From Octopus vulgaris (lineage: Eukaryota), in the NCBI GenBank assembly GCA_951406725.2, contig OX597840.1:2914001-2978000 (forward strand): a stretch of 64,000 nt of DNA. Reading direction: 5' to 3'. Within the stretch, counting starts at the first letter, position 1. Each line of letters begins with the position of its first letter. A model generated the notes under the pieces. It saw only the letters and a program-made list of their open reading frames with translations. It was not told where the DNA came from and did no database searches. The translations under genes and the position numbers were made by a program. Positions 1 through 13,347 of the stretch are shown one piece after another.

Positions 1-640
1 GTTTGACATCAATGTCAAACCGTTCCGAACGAACTTGTAGTGAATTATCGCCTCAGAGTTCCACCACATGCAGAGCACCTCCCTGTGTCCGAAACTCTTG
101 TGTTTAGCGACAAATTTTGGAGGCTGGCCCTTGCCTAACCGTTGTTTATACAAATTAGGAGTGTGAAAAATGGATAGTCGTTATCGAATACCTTTATCAA
201 AATATATTGGTTGACATGAAGTCACTCAATGTTCCCGGAACGGAGATGCGTAGTGTGCAGCTGTTCATATCAGGTTCCACCCGTTTACTTCCCTGAGAAT
301 GGGTCACTCATGTCTCCACCGGGGAGGAGATTGACCAGCACAGCTAGCCAGCATGTGAAACCATTCGAAAGCTACAAGAATGCCAGGAATAAAACATCTT
401 ATAGTATGGGTTCCGAACCATGGCTCATTTCTTGCGCTTGTGTCGCCTGATTAAGACAGAGGGAGATTCAGTGAAGGACATCTTTGCCTCGAAGGAATGG
501 AACTGGTGTCGGCATGTGATTAAAGATACAAGCACAACGGTGGCTTTGGACGATGCAACGTGATTGCCTCTACTTTCAATGTTAAACTCCTTTTGTTCCA
601 ACTGACGAATAAAACATACGCGAGCAAAATATTCCAAGAC
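1..640 (-). mobile_element. Degraded mariner (Tc1/mariner) transposase relic, runs off window start
   Basis: Manual minus-strand translation gives VSLITCRHQFHSF..SGDTSARNEPWFG and KQRLGKGQPPKFVAKHKSFGHREVLCMWWNSEAIIHYKF. These resemble mariner VSERTCRRWF..SGDFSLEDEPRSGRP and RQW..PK..HPKKVMLCVWW..GIIHYEL. Frameshifted and stop-ridden. Confidence 0.7.
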
Positions 641-1006
641 TTTTCACCCAACACAATATTGCTAAATGATAATGGCGACGCAGTTACGTCATACAAACAT
701 AAAAGAACAAAGACAAAAACGAGGAAGCTAGCGACAAATAAGACGACGATGATGACGAGAACAACATTTACAAAATCAATTATTCGGATAACAGCCAGAA
801 GGAGGTCATTAAGAATGAAACAACGACGTCAATAATTGCTGCCGAAAGTGCGTCGACAAAAGTGCGGACAACGATTAGGAAGAACATCGACAGCAACATC
901 AACAAGAGTCGACCATGGTGGGATTTGAACACGGAACGTATAGACGGGCGAAATGCCTCAACGCAATTTACCAGACGTATTAACCAGTCTGCCAGCTCGC
1001 ACCTTG

Positions 1007-1088
<82 letters not shown>

Positions 1089-1843
1089 GAGACAGAGGGA
1101 TCTTTAACTGCAGCACAAGACCAAAGCCTCCCCACCAGAAATTACCAAAACATGTAATGAAAAGAAATATAACAAGTAACTGCAGAATATGTGGAGATGG
1201 ACAAGAAACAATAAATCATATTATCTCTGGCTGCCCAGTCCTGGCTAAGAAGGAATATATTCACAGACATGACAGAGTTAGAACCTACACACTTTGGAAG
1301 CTATGCCAACATTATGGAATAACAACAGAAAAAAGATGGTATAGGCACACACCAGAAAAGGTCACAGAAAACGAAAAAGCAACCATACTTTGGGATATGC
1401 CGATACACACAGATAGAGAAATTAAGGCCAACAGACCAGATATAGTTGTCAGAGATCATGAAGAAAAAAATGCTTTCTAATTGATGTATCAATACCGGCA
1501 GATGACAACGTGTCTCTAAAAGAAATGGAGAAACTTTCAAAATACAAAGACATGGAAATGGAGGTAACCAGAATGTGGAATCTAAAAACCAAAACAATTC
1601 CTATCATAGCAGGTGCATTAGGCATGATAAAAAAATATTCAGACAAATACATAACAAAAACACCAGGACTTACAAACACATATAACATACAGAAAATTGC
1701 ACTACTAGGCACTGCACACATCCTACGCAGAACACTTTCCATACAATAACCATCAGAGCATCACAACAAATCACAGCACATACCCAAGGCACACAGAGCT
1801 GCGCTCGGTAGTGAAGTGAAAGCACGTTATAAAAATAAAACTA

Positions 1844-1847
<4 letters not shown>
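1089..1847 (+). mobile_element. 5'-truncated R4/Dong-like non-LTR retrotransposon (CCHC knuckle + restriction-like endonuclease + 3' UTR) in (AAT)n
   Basis: CRICGDGQETINHIISGC zinc knuckle, RHD, NRPDIVV..LIDVSIP..KEMEKLSKY (PD-(D/E)xK RLE), ending HILRRTLSIQ*. Flanked on both sides by (AAT)n, with two homopolymer frameshifts. Confidence 0.9.
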
Positions 1848-1934
<87 letters not shown>

Positions 1935-1935
<1 letters not shown>

Positions 1936-2365
1936 CACAGATTTGCTTGTCAGTTGTTTGGCATTAACCAGTTGAGCATGTCCCTTAGTGGCTGACGATA
2001 TGTGCATCTCTGATCACGAGCAGAAGTAGTGGGGGAGCATCATGGCCATGTGTTGAGGGGGATTCTTTGGGGTTTGAATAATTCACCTCTGGAAACATAG
2101 GTGTTTCGTTCAACATCCTAAAGCAACCCTTATTCAGGGACCTTTTGAGCAGGATGGGCTACTCAACCTGAAGAAAATTCTAACTGGGCCCCACCTGCAA
2201 GGTCATGTGCTATTTATCTTGATATGAGATCACCATGTCGCGCACATGTGGTTGTGATGCATGTGCCTGGTGTACCTTTATCTGACGGGTAGTCATGATG
2301 GGTATATTGGGCTTCGTATATTTTACCCCGGTGTCACTTTGATGGCATGAACTGCTCTCTCACTC

Positions 2366-2366
<1 letters not shown>
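1935..2366 (+). mobile_element. Non-coding interspersed repeat flanked by (AAT)n; probable 3' end of another AAT-associated retroelement
   Basis: Its last ~110 bp (catgtgcctggtgtacc...gtgtcactttg...cact) recur at 49523-49642 with the same 3' end, also followed by (AAT)n. Confidence 0.55.
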
Positions 2367-2400
<34 letters not shown>

Positions 2401-2402
2401 TA

Positions 2403-2598
2403 ATCCTTTCAACTGTAGGCATAAGGCATGAAAATTTGTGGGACAGGGATAGTCAAATACATCGACCCCAGTATACAACTGGTATGTATTTTATTGATCC
2501 CGAAAGAATGAAAGTCAACCTCGGTGGTATTTGAACTCAGAACGTTGAAGACAGAGGAAATGCCGATAAGCATTTTGACCGACATGCTAATGGTTCTG
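2403..2598 (-). mobile_element. Old tRNA-derived SINE, family A' (alternative tail)
   Basis: Contains atcgaccccagt..actggta..tcccgaaagaatgaaagtcaacctcggtggtatttgaactcagaacg, shared with family A. Further A' copies at ~905-1005, 2931-3110, 34605-34798, 35600-35760, 52190-52403 and 61660-61825. Confidence 0.65.
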
Positions 2599-2685
2599 AA
2601 AAAAAATTAGAGGAGTAAGAAGGAGAAGAAGAAGATAAAGAAGAAAGAGAAAAAGAAGAAGATAAAGAAGAAGAAGAAGATAAAA

Positions 2686-2717
<32 letters not shown>

Positions 2718-3111
2718 GAAGAAGAAGAGAAATAGAAGAAGAAGAAGAAGAAGAAGAAGAAGAAGAAGAAGGAGGAGGAGGAGGAGAGGAAGAAACAGAA
2801 AAAGAGGAGGATGAAGAAGAAGAAGAAGAAGAAGAAGAAGGAGAAGAAGAAGAAACAGAAGAAGAGGAGGAGAAGAAGAAGAAGAAGAAGAAGAAGAAGA
2901 AGAAGAAGAAGAAGAAGAAGAAGAAGAAGAATCCTTCCTACTATAAGTACAAGGCCTGAAATTTGGGGAAGGGGGATAGTCATTTGCATCAACCCCAGTG
3001 CATAAATTGACTCCAAAACTATGACGGGCGAAGTCGACCGCAGTGGAATTTGAATTCAGAACGTAAAGACGGATGAAATACTGCTAAGCACTTTTCCAGC
3101 TCACCGCCTTC

Positions 3112-3170
<59 letters not shown>

Positions 3171-3268
3171 TAGAAGAAGAAGAAGAAGAAGAAGAAGAAG
3201 AAGAAGAAGAAGAAGAATATGGAAAACACTCGGCGAGAATCGGAAGAAAATTTGAAGAAAGAAGGAAA

Positions 3269-3332
<64 letters not shown>

Positions 3333-3388
3333 GTAACAACAATAATAATAATATTAATAATAATAATAATAATAATAACAACAACAAC

Positions 3389-3441
<53 letters not shown>

Positions 3442-3459
3442 TAATAATAATAATAATAA

Positions 3460-4140
3460 TGATTGCAAAAGAAAATGCTCACTACAATAAAATATACGAC
3501 AGATTAGAAAGGAAAGGAATAAGAAAATACAATAACATTAGAAGCAGACTGGTCCAATATAACTGGAAACCAATTCACTAAAACGATAAAGACTGTTGCT
3601 AACAACTTGTAAGCCCTCGGGATTGATAAAACCCCTATTTCTTGTTGTAATACCTGAACAGTAGCCATTAATCTTGTGGCAAGAATTTTTTTTCAATATA
3701 TTACTAAACAAACCATAATAAACACCTGAACACTTACTAAAGGGGAAAATACAATTGATTGCCCAGAATACAAACAAGCGAAGCCGTTACAAACTACAAA
3801 GATATAACTTGTAACTTGCCAATAATAGACAACAACCGGATATCTATAATCTATAAGAGACTGGCTGTTCATCTGGAAAGTAATAATATATTAGCAAGGG
3901 AGTAAAATGGGTGTTGGAAAAAGAAATGTGTAATTCGAAAAGAGTTTCTACTAGTGATGTGGTAATTACAAAACAAATGGTAAGGAAAAGGAAAAAATAA
4001 TAATAAATAGGAACAACTGAAAGAAAAGGTTTAGCTGAATATAGCTTGGATTGATTACAGAGAAAGTATCTGATATCATATCACGGCGTTTCAAGATATT
4101 GGAGACGTTCCGTAAGAATAATAAAAGAAAATGAGTCGCC
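3460..4140 (+). pseudogene. Heavily decayed R4/Dong-like RT N-terminal fragment
   Basis: Patches PEHLLKGKIQLI, LAVHLESNNILA.E.NGC and NIAWIDYR match the RT segment of the relic at 49850-51805. Starts directly after an (AAT)n tract. Confidence 0.55.
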
Positions 4141-4323
4141 TAAACTAATATGAGTGCAGGTATGTATGTGTGGTTAAGAAGCTCACTTTTTGCAACACTG
4201 CGGTTCAGGGTTCAATCTCTCCGTGTGGTACCGTCGGGGAATGTTTTCTACTATGAGCCGGCACTGACCAACGCTCTCTGAGAGAGTTTGGGAGGCAAAA
4301 ACTCTCTGGTCACGCATATGATT

Positions 4324-4364
<41 letters not shown>

Positions 4365-4716
4365 CTGTGTGTCTGTGTGAGTGTGTGTGTGTATGTGTGT
4401 GTGTATGTGTGTTCGCGCGTGTGTCTCTGTGTGTGTGTGTATGGGTATATAAATGAAAATACAATTACATATAAAGACAGATAGAGAGATAATGAGAGGG
4501 AGGGGAGAGAAATGAGTGTATAATAGAGAAAGAAAGTAAGAGAGAGAGGGGGATAAATATGTGGATGATACAGGGAGAAAGAGGGAGAGAAAAGATTGGA
4601 TGATAGAAAGACAGCTTGAGGGAGATGAATGGGTGGTAGAGAGAGAGAGATAGAGACAGATAGATAGATAGATAGATAGATAGATATGTTTCTTTATTAG
4701 CCACACAGGGCTGCAC

Positions 4717-4782
<66 letters not shown>

Positions 4783-5113
4783 TGCTAAGTAAGGAAAATA
4801 AGTTCATTCATCATGAATGTAGGTTATGTATATGCACACACGCATGCAACATGGCACCAAATACTCACACACGCTCGCGGACGGACGCACAAACACACAC
4901 ATCCACACACACACACATACTTCCCCATTCACAATTTGTTATACATTATATACCTCTCTACCTTATATTAATATAATACAGCTACACGGTATTCTCTAAC
5001 GCAAAGCAAAATCCAACCGCCACGCTCGGGCTTCGTACAACCAGAATATATTTTAACTCGAACTCATACATTTAAAGACACACATACACACACACATACA
5101 AACACACATATAT

Positions 5114-5166
<53 letters not shown>

Positions 5167-5196
5167 TATATATATACATATATATATATACATATA

Positions 5197-5258
<62 letters not shown>

Positions 5259-5290
5259 TACATATATATTTGCATATACATATGTACACA

Positions 5291-5344
<54 letters not shown>

Positions 5345-5894
5345 CTCTTGTGCAATGTTGAGAGCCAGTTAAAATATTATGAACATCAAAATATAAATTA
5401 TATAACAAAGAAAATGGTACAACAGTCTAATTAAAACGAAACGGAATTGTGACTTCAAAATCTGTCGAAACGCTCTTTAATTATTCATCGTTAAGTGTGT
5501 CGATAGCTGTGAATATTGTCCCTAGACAGGCCAGCATTACTCGAGAAATACCATCAGTTGATGGTAATAATTTAGATGTAGTTTGTAGCGAAAGTATTTA
5601 CCTATTTCTAGCCAATGAGAGGATGTGTGAAGGTATCTGGTTAGGTTTGCATTCGTTGGAAAAAAAACATAACAGAAATTATTGAAACTGGGAAAACAGA
5701 CTGAAATAAAGGCAAATTTTCCCTTCAAAATTTTTGAAGAGTAGATTGGATAATATAAAGTGGCTTTACATCGCTTGTATTTCTGTGACCATAGGTTTCT
5801 CTGATAAACGTGATAATCCGATGCTAAACTGCATCGTATGAGCAACTGTATTAATGTGGAGAGTTATACAATGCAATAATATTAGAATGCATCT

Positions 5895-6548
5895 TTTACT
5901 TGTTTTAGTAACTTGAGTGCGGTCATGCTGGAGCACTGCCTCGAAGGGTTTTAGTCGAATAAGTCGACACTCAGGACTTACTTTTTAAAGCTTAGTACGT
6001 ATTCTATTGGTTCCCTTTTGCCGAAACGCTAAGTTACAGTGACAAATACAGGGTAACACCGGTTGTCAAGTGTGTTGAGAACAGATACAAACACAAACAT
6101 GCCAACACACACACACACACATATACACATATGCGATGGGTTTCTTTCACTTTCTTATTTCTTTATTGCCCACAAGGGGCTAAACATAGAGGGGACAAAC
6201 AAAGAGAAACAAAGGGATTAAGTCGATTACTTTGACTCCAGTGCACAACTGGTATTTAATTTATCGACCCCCGAAAGGATGAAAGGCAAAGTTGACCTCG
6301 GCGGGATTTGAGCTCAGAACGTAACGGCAGACGAAACACCGCTAAGAATTTCGCCCGGCGTGCTAATGATTCTGCCAGCTCACCGCCTTATTCTTTCACT
6401 TTCACTTTCTGCCTACCAAATCCACTCACAAAGCTTTAGTCGGCTGGAAACTATAGAAGAAAACACTTGCCCAAGGTGTTACGTAGTTCGACTGAACCTG
6501 GTACCATGTGGTTGGGAAGCAAGCTTCTTACCACACAACTACGCCAGC
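5895..6548 (-). mobile_element. SINE family C copy interrupted by a family A insertion
   Basis: Tail 5895-6100, internal (CA)n, head 6404-6548. The family A SINE at 6155-6390 is flanked by the 13-bp TSD ttctttcactttc (6142-6154 / 6391-6403). Confidence 0.8.
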
Positions 6549-6571
6549 TAAATGATATATTTGTTATTTGC

Positions 6572-7545
6572 AAGGCGGCGAGCTGGCAGACTCGTTAGCA
6601 CGCCGGGCGAAATGCGTAGCCGTATTTCGTCTGCCGTTACGTTCTGAGTTCAAATTCCGCCGAGGTCGACTTTTGCCTTTCATTCTTTCTGGGTCGATAA
6701 ATAAAGTACCAGTTTCGCACTGGGGTCTATGTAATCGACTTAATCCCTTTGTCTTTCCTTGTTTGTCCCCTCTATGTTTAGCCCCTTGTGGGTAGTAAAG
6801 AAATATATATATTTGTTATTTGTTAAGGCGGTGAGCTGGCAGAAACGATAGCACGCCGGGCGAAATGCGTAGCTGTATTTCGTCTGCCGTTACGTTCTGA
6901 GTTCAAATTCCGCCGAGGTCGACTTTGTCTTTCATCCTTTCGGGGTCGATAAATAAAGTACCAGTTTCGCACAGGGGTCTATGTAATCGACTTAATCCGT
7001 TTGTCTGTCCTTGTTTGTCCCCTCTATGTTTAGCCCCTTGTGGGTAGTAAAGAAATATATATATTTATTATTTGTTAAGGCGGTGAGCTGGCAGAAACGA
7101 TAGCACGCCGGGCGAAATGCGTAGCTGTATTTCGTCTGCCGTTACGTTCTGAGTTCAAATTCCGCCGAGGTCGACTTTGTCTTTCATCTTTTCTGGGTCG
7201 ATAAATAAAGTACCAGTTTCGCACTGGGGTCTATGTAATCGACTTAATCCGTTTGTCTGTCCTTGTTTGTCCCCTCTATGTTTAGCCCCTTGTGGGTAGT
7301 AAAGAAATATACATATTTATTATTTGTTAAGGCGATGAGCTGGCAGAAACGTTAGCACGCCGGGCGAAATGCGTAGCCGTATTTCGTCTGCCGTTACGTT
7401 CTGAGTTCAAATTCCGCCGAGGTCGACTTTGCCTTTCATCCTTTCGGGGTCGATAAATTAAGTACCAGTTACGCCCTGGAGTCGATGTAATCGACATAAT
7501 CGGTTTGTCCCCTCAGTGTTTAGCCCCTTGTGGGCAGTAGTGAAA
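6572..7545 (+). mobile_element. Four head-to-tail copies of tRNA-derived SINE family A (~250-bp period)
   Basis: Repeated unit ggcggtgagctggcaga..gagttcaaattcc (A/B-box-like)..gtcgactttgcctttcatcctttcggggtcgataaa..gccccttgtgggtagtaaagaaat, starting at ~6574, 6827, 7079 and 7331. Confidence 0.9.
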
Positions 7546-7954
7546 TATATATATTTGTTATTTGGAGCAGTAATCACCAAGCAGAGGTGGTTTGCAGTTC
7601 CCTGAATGTTCCCAAATATTCGTGGTGCATCATTTAAGCATTAAAAGTTTTCCATTGCAAGATAAAAAACTTACTCTGATACGTATCGTTATTCGTTTAC
7701 TTATATCTATCAAAAGTGTTTATATGTATCTATGCGTGTTTCTTTGTGTCTGCGTTTGTCAAGCAACACCGCTTGACAACCGGTATTAGCGTGTTTACAT
7801 CCCCATAACTTAGTGATTCGGTTAAGTACCAGGGTTTAAAAAAGTAAGATTTGGGGTTGATTCATTCGACTAAAAGTTCTTTAAGACGGTGCTCTAGCAT
7901 GGCCGCAATGTAATGACTGAAACGGTTAGCAGATAAATGATGTCGATCTCCTAT

Positions 7955-8342
7955 GGGGAAGCACTCCGTCGGTTACGACGACGAGGGTTCCGGTTGATCC
8001 GAATCAACGGAACAGCCTGCTCGTGAAATTAACGTGTAAGTGGCTGAGCACTCCACAGACACGTGTAGCCTTAACGTAGTTCTCGGGGAATATTCAGCGT
8101 GACAGAGAGAGTGACAAGGCCGGTCCTTTGAAATACACGTACAAAAGAAACAGGAAGTAAGAGTGAGAGAAAGTTGTGGTGAAAGAGTACAGCAGGGATC
8201 ACCACCATCCCCTGCCCGTTACTCGTGGAGCTTTAAGTGTTTTCGCTCAATAAACACTCACAACGCCCGGTCTGGGAATCGAAACCGCGATCCTACGACC
8301 GCGAGTCCGCTGCCCTAACCACTGGGCCATTGCGCCTCCACC
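7955..8342 (-). mobile_element. Full-length tRNA-derived SINE family B with TSD
   Basis: Head ggaggcgcaatggcccagtggttagggcagcgg..ggtttcgattccc. 12-bp TSD tcgatctcctat at 7943-7954 / 8343-8354. Near-identical copies at 31809-32196 and 58013-58401. Confidence 0.92.
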
Positions 8343-9336
8343 TCGATCTCCTATACCAGGTAAAACGGAGGGGTATGTTTATTACCTCGAAAGTTTGGTT
8401 TTCTATTCCGAGCTTTGAGCCAATCTGTTAAATACATATATCCCTCTCTCTCTCCCTCACTCTCTCTCTCTTTCTCACGCACACACACACAGACACTTGC
8501 ACGCACACACACATACATACACACACTCATACATATATAATCTGTATGTGAATGTATGCGTGGTTATGCGGCAAAAGATTGCTTCCCAGCAAGGGGATCC
8601 GGTTTCACTTCCACTGCGAGACAGCTTTGACAAGTGTCTTCCTCTAAAGACTCAAGATACACAAAATATTGAAAGTGCCTGTGGTAGACAGAAACAGAAA
8701 GAAGCCTGTCGTGTATACATATATATATGCAGACACACAAACACACATGCACACTTATATACATACACACATTTATATATATACATATATATAAATGTGT
8801 GTCTCTATATGTGTATGTGTTTGAGTATGCAAACCTTTCTGTATGTCTTTCACCCCCAACACCATTTCACGAGCGTTTCTGAGGTGTTTCCCCGCACTGT
8901 AACTTAGCAGCTCGTCAAAAGCACCCGACAGAATAAGTAACGGTTTTTAATATATAAGCACTAGTGTTGATCCGTTCGAGTAAAACCATTCACGGGGGCG
9001 GCCAAACTTAGCCGTAGACACGTGACTGAAATCTGCATATATTACGTAAATGTCTATTCTTTTATTCTTTTATTCTTTCATTCTTTCATATGTTTCAGTC
9101 ATTTGAATGCGGCCATGTTGGAGGACCGCTTTGAATGGCTAAATAGTCGAAGAAATCGACCCCATGACTTATACATCGTAAGCCTTGTGATTATTCCATC
9201 AAGCGATGGTGGCTGGACTAACGCAGACACAAAGACACTAACACATAAATATAGTTACATACATACATATATATATATGTGTGTATATATACACACACAC
9301 ACACATATATGTATATATATATATATATATATATAA

Positions 9337-9377
<41 letters not shown>

Positions 9378-9380
<3 letters not shown>

Positions 9381-9685
9381 AGACGCAATGGTCCAGTGGT
9401 TAGGGCAGCGGACTCACAGTCGTAGGATCCCGCTTTCGATTCCCAGGCCGAGCGTTGTGAGTGTTTGTTGAGCGAAAACACCTAAAAGCTCCACGAGGAT
9501 CTGGCAGGGGGTGGAGGTGATCCCTGCTGTACTCTTTCGCCACAACTCTCTCTCACTCTTTCTTCTGTTGGCCTGCTCGCTTAGCCAGCGGGGTGGCGTC
9601 ATTTGAAGGCTAAACAACACAATGTGAAGCGCATTGTGATCAGCGATGTGTAACAATATCTGATAGCCTGGTTGGTCACGGTAAT
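9378..9685 (+). mobile_element. SINE family B head/body with an alternative 3' tail
   Basis: Matches family B up to cacaactctctctcactctt, then diverges to ..gatagcctggttggtcacggtaat. Confidence 0.8.
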
Positions 9686-10079
9686 ATATATATATATATG
9701 TGTGTGTGTGACTGTCTTCCTTCAGTTTCCGTCCACCATATCCACTCACAATGCTTTGGGACCGAACCCGGAAACATGCCATTGTGAAGAGCAAGGTCTT
9801 ACCACATAGCTCCACCTGTGAGAAAATACATATATATGTGTGTGTGTGTGAGTGTGTTCCTGTCGGTGTGTAAGTTGGTAAGTGGAAGCGGTGGGAGCTA
9901 GGGAGGGAGAGAAGGAGGAAATTATGAAATAAGGGAGGGATGGAAAAAGGGAGAGAGAGAGAGAGAAACATGTATATATAGTGATCTATTTGGCTTACAA
10001 CATTCTGGAAGGCAAACGCAAAAATAAAAACCGTTGATACCAAGCGATAAAAGAGGGGTTGAATGAGAGAATTGAGCCG

Positions 10080-10161
<82 letters not shown>

Positions 10162-10162
10162 A

Positions 10163-10199
<37 letters not shown>

Positions 10200-10252
10200 G
10201 GATGTATGTATGTATATGTATATATAATATATATATGTATAATATATATATG

Positions 10253-10283
<31 letters not shown>

Positions 10284-10545
10284 GTAAGTATATATACACC
10301 TATATACATATATTATATATATTATATACATATTGTATTATATTAGGTCCCATTATTCATATATATGTATTTATATATATGTATATTGATAGACTTTGAT
10401 ATATACTTACAGCGTGTAGTATTGTAGACACCTCATACCGATTCACATACTCCCACGTGTAAACTTATCCACGTCTATATATATATATATATATATAGTG
10501 AAGCATACATACAATTTCACACACATTCATATGTGCATCTATCTA

Positions 10546-10609
<64 letters not shown>

Positions 10610-11619
10610 AATACAGACACACACACAAAAGTAGTCATGCATACACACACAGTGATTCAAACACATGTACATATGCACACCCACACATCCGTGTAGACAA
10701 TGAGAATTATTATGAGATTTGTGTCTATATGTGTGTCTGCATGTGATTGTGTATGTATGTGTGTGTGTGTGTCTATGTATGCGTGTCTGTGTGTGTGCGT
10801 ATGCTTCCTTCTGTCTACGTGTTTGTGTATTCGTTCGATATGGCTTATGTAAGAGTGTTCGTTCGTACGATTTTGCATTGAGTATGAGGGCGTGTGTGCG
10901 CATGCGTGTGCCTGTGTGTACGTGCCTGCGTATGTGTGTGTGTGTTTGTGTGTGTTCGTGTGTGTTTGTGTGTGTGTGCGCATGCGTTTGTGTGTGTTTG
11001 TGTGTGTGCTCGCATGTGTGTGTGTGTGTGTTAGTGGATCCCTCAGCTAAATGTTTCAATCTAAATGTTCCCCTGGAATTGTATTTCATCTAATTTTATC
11101 CCATTCTCATCACATTTCACAGTAACCCAAGAACACCATAGCCTGAGAAGATATATCAATAATTGGTTGCAAGGAATACGGTGTTTTTCAGAGAATTGCT
11201 TCTAATGAACAGGAGATTTTTCTATCAGAATTATTTCCAAAGAACAGGTGAATTCTGTCGGAAGTGGGGCTAAAGAACGGGGTAATTATGAGAGAATTGT
11301 TTCCCAAGAAAAAAAGGTAATTACAAGAATGTGTATGTATATAACTATGTGTGTGTATAGATATGTATATATATACATACACACACACAAAGATATTTCT
11401 TCTGTACAAGAGTGTTTCTAACGGAATTGTTTCCAAACAACGCGCCAGAATTCTGTTGTAAGTAAAATTTAAGTGGAGAGTGTATCAATCAGAATTTTTT
11501 TTTCAAATAATAAAGATATAACTGCTTCTAATGCATTAAGGGATTGGGGGAAAAATTACTCCGCAGACCATGAATTTTGGCAAAGTACTGGTTGCCAAAC
11601 AATATCTATAGATTATATA

Positions 11620-12003
11620 GGCGCAGGCATGGATGTGTGGTAAGTAGCTTGCTTCGCAACCACGTGGTTCTGGTTTCAGTCCCACTGCGTGGCACCTTGT
11701 GGAACTGTATTTTACTTTAGCCTCCGCCTGAGCAAAGCATTGTATGTGGGTTTCGTACACGGTAAGTGAAAGAAGTCCGTCGTATATATATATATATATA
11801 TATATGTGTGTATGTGAGTGTGTGTTTCCCACCCACAATCGTTTGATAACCGATGTTGGTTCGTTTACGTTCCTGTAAAATAACATTAGGCGAAGAAGGC
11901 CGATAGAACATATACTCGGCTTACAAAGAATAAGTTCTGAGATCGATTCCTTCGACTAAAGAGCTTCTTAAAGCGGTGCTCCAGCATGGCCGCAGTCAAA
12001 TGA
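11620..12003 (+). mobile_element. tRNA-derived CORE-like SINE family C with an internal microsatellite
   Basis: Head ggcgcaggcatggatgtgtggtaag..ggtttcagtccc, internal (TA)n(TG)n, tail gcggtgctccagcatggccgcagtcaaatga. Other copies or fragments at ~4155-4320, 7720-7925, 8555-9030, 9060-9240(-), 9710-9815(-), 13100-13290, 16925-17500, 21530-21680(-), 28810-28970, 37455-37850(-), 42435-42590(-), 43150-43325 and 63855-64000(-). Confidence 0.85.
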
Positions 12004-12361
12004 TCGCGACCTACCTGTATATATATATATATATATATATATAGAAACACACAAAAGCCGTTCGATTCACTTCAACATTTAAGTTTAATTTGTATTTCGT
12101 TCCAGCACACGATCTAAGATCAAATCACTTGCTATGCGAGTACATCTCCCTAATATATATATATATATTATTACTTTATATAATTAGGGTTCAGCAAAAA
12201 ATAAAATTTCTTTACCACATACCGAACTTTTAGAAATAGCAGTCAAAGAATTTAGCTATTTCCTCTACTATAAGAAGAGTCTCCCAGACAATGAATACTC
12301 AAAAACAATTCCCGTAGGCATAGAGGGAAAAACAAAGAAAGTTCACTCGCAAATAGATTAC

Positions 12362-12442
12362 TTGTGAACGCGTTTCTGGGTTAGTCAGATATAGAGATGC
12401 TAGAAATACATCACTATTCCAACATTCCCGTCATCAGCACAA
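12362..12442 (-). ncRNA. Type I hammerhead ribozyme-like motif (variant core, GUU site)
   Basis: Minus strand reads UUGUG-CUGAUGA-C-GGG...CCC-A-GAAA-CGCG-UU-CACAA, with a 5-bp stem I and palindromic stem III (ACGCGU). Confidence 0.7.
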
Positions 12443-12649
12443 CATTTCCTTAAATTTAAATTTGAGAGCACTAAATATCGAACATGCCCATCTGATTTGA
12501 GTAACCTCAGATGAACCATCCTCGACATCCAGTACTAAAGAATTCAAAACATACGAATGAGGCTTTCAAATTTTTACACAAGGCCAGAAATATCGGGGGT
12601 GCGATATTGGACCCCAGTATTCTAGTAGTATACATTTTATGCGAGTATT

Positions 12650-12931
12650 ACAGTTGATCTGATCAACAGAACATCCAGCTCGAGAAATCAAGGAGCAACT
12701 GGTTGAGAAGACACACGTACACTTGACGTAGCTGTTAGGATATTCAACGGAACACATAATGTGACAAGGCTGGCCCCTTGAAGGGCAAGACCAGTTTTGC
12801 CAGCATTACCAGCATTGACTGGAGCAACGCGATATAGTGTCTTGCTCAAATAGTGTCGCGCTGCGAGGTATCGAACTCACGACCTTACGATCGGGAGCCG
12901 AATACCCTGATCATTAGGTCACGTGCCTTCA
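12650..12931 (-). mobile_element. Decayed SINE: tRNA head + CORE-like middle + family B tail
   Basis: Minus strand shows gtgagttcgatacc (B box) and ttgagcaagacactatatcgcgttgctccagtca, then a tail homologous to family B (ccttgtcac..gtgtacgtgtgtc..ctgttgatcagatc). Confidence 0.6.
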
Positions 12932-12945
12932 CATAGATAGATAAG

Positions 12946-12994
<49 letters not shown>

Positions 12995-13347
12995 GGATAG
13001 ATAGATATGTATGTATGGATGTATGTATGTATGCATGTAGGTAGGTAGGTAGGGAGGGAGGGAGGGAGGGAGGCAGATAGGTATGTACCTGTGTTGCGGT
13101 GGGTGTGTATGTGTGTCTGACTTTATGTCTGTGTTTGACTACCGCTTGAAACCGGTGCTGGGGTGATTACGTCCCTACAACATAGCCATTCGGCAAAAAA
13201 ACCGATATAATAAGTAGCACGCTTAAAACAAATGTACCAGTATCGATTCAAGGTGTTGCTCCAGCATGACTTCAGTATAATCACTACTCAAAATAAAGAA
13301 AAGTGCTGAAGCTGTGAATCGCTTTCAGGATAATTAAAGACTATATC

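Noticed and set aside
5775-5880. Minus-strand GAAACCUAUGGUC-ACAG half-hammerhead in a TA-flanked segment
   Set aside because: No CUGANGA partner was found, so at most a decayed relic.
8265-8342. tRNA genes at SINE heads
   Set aside because: A/B boxes are present but run into SINE bodies with TSDs, and no complete cloverleaf is evident.
11190-11500. Recurring agaattg(t)ttcc-like words
   Set aside because: Probably a decayed minisatellite, but the period cannot be established by eye.
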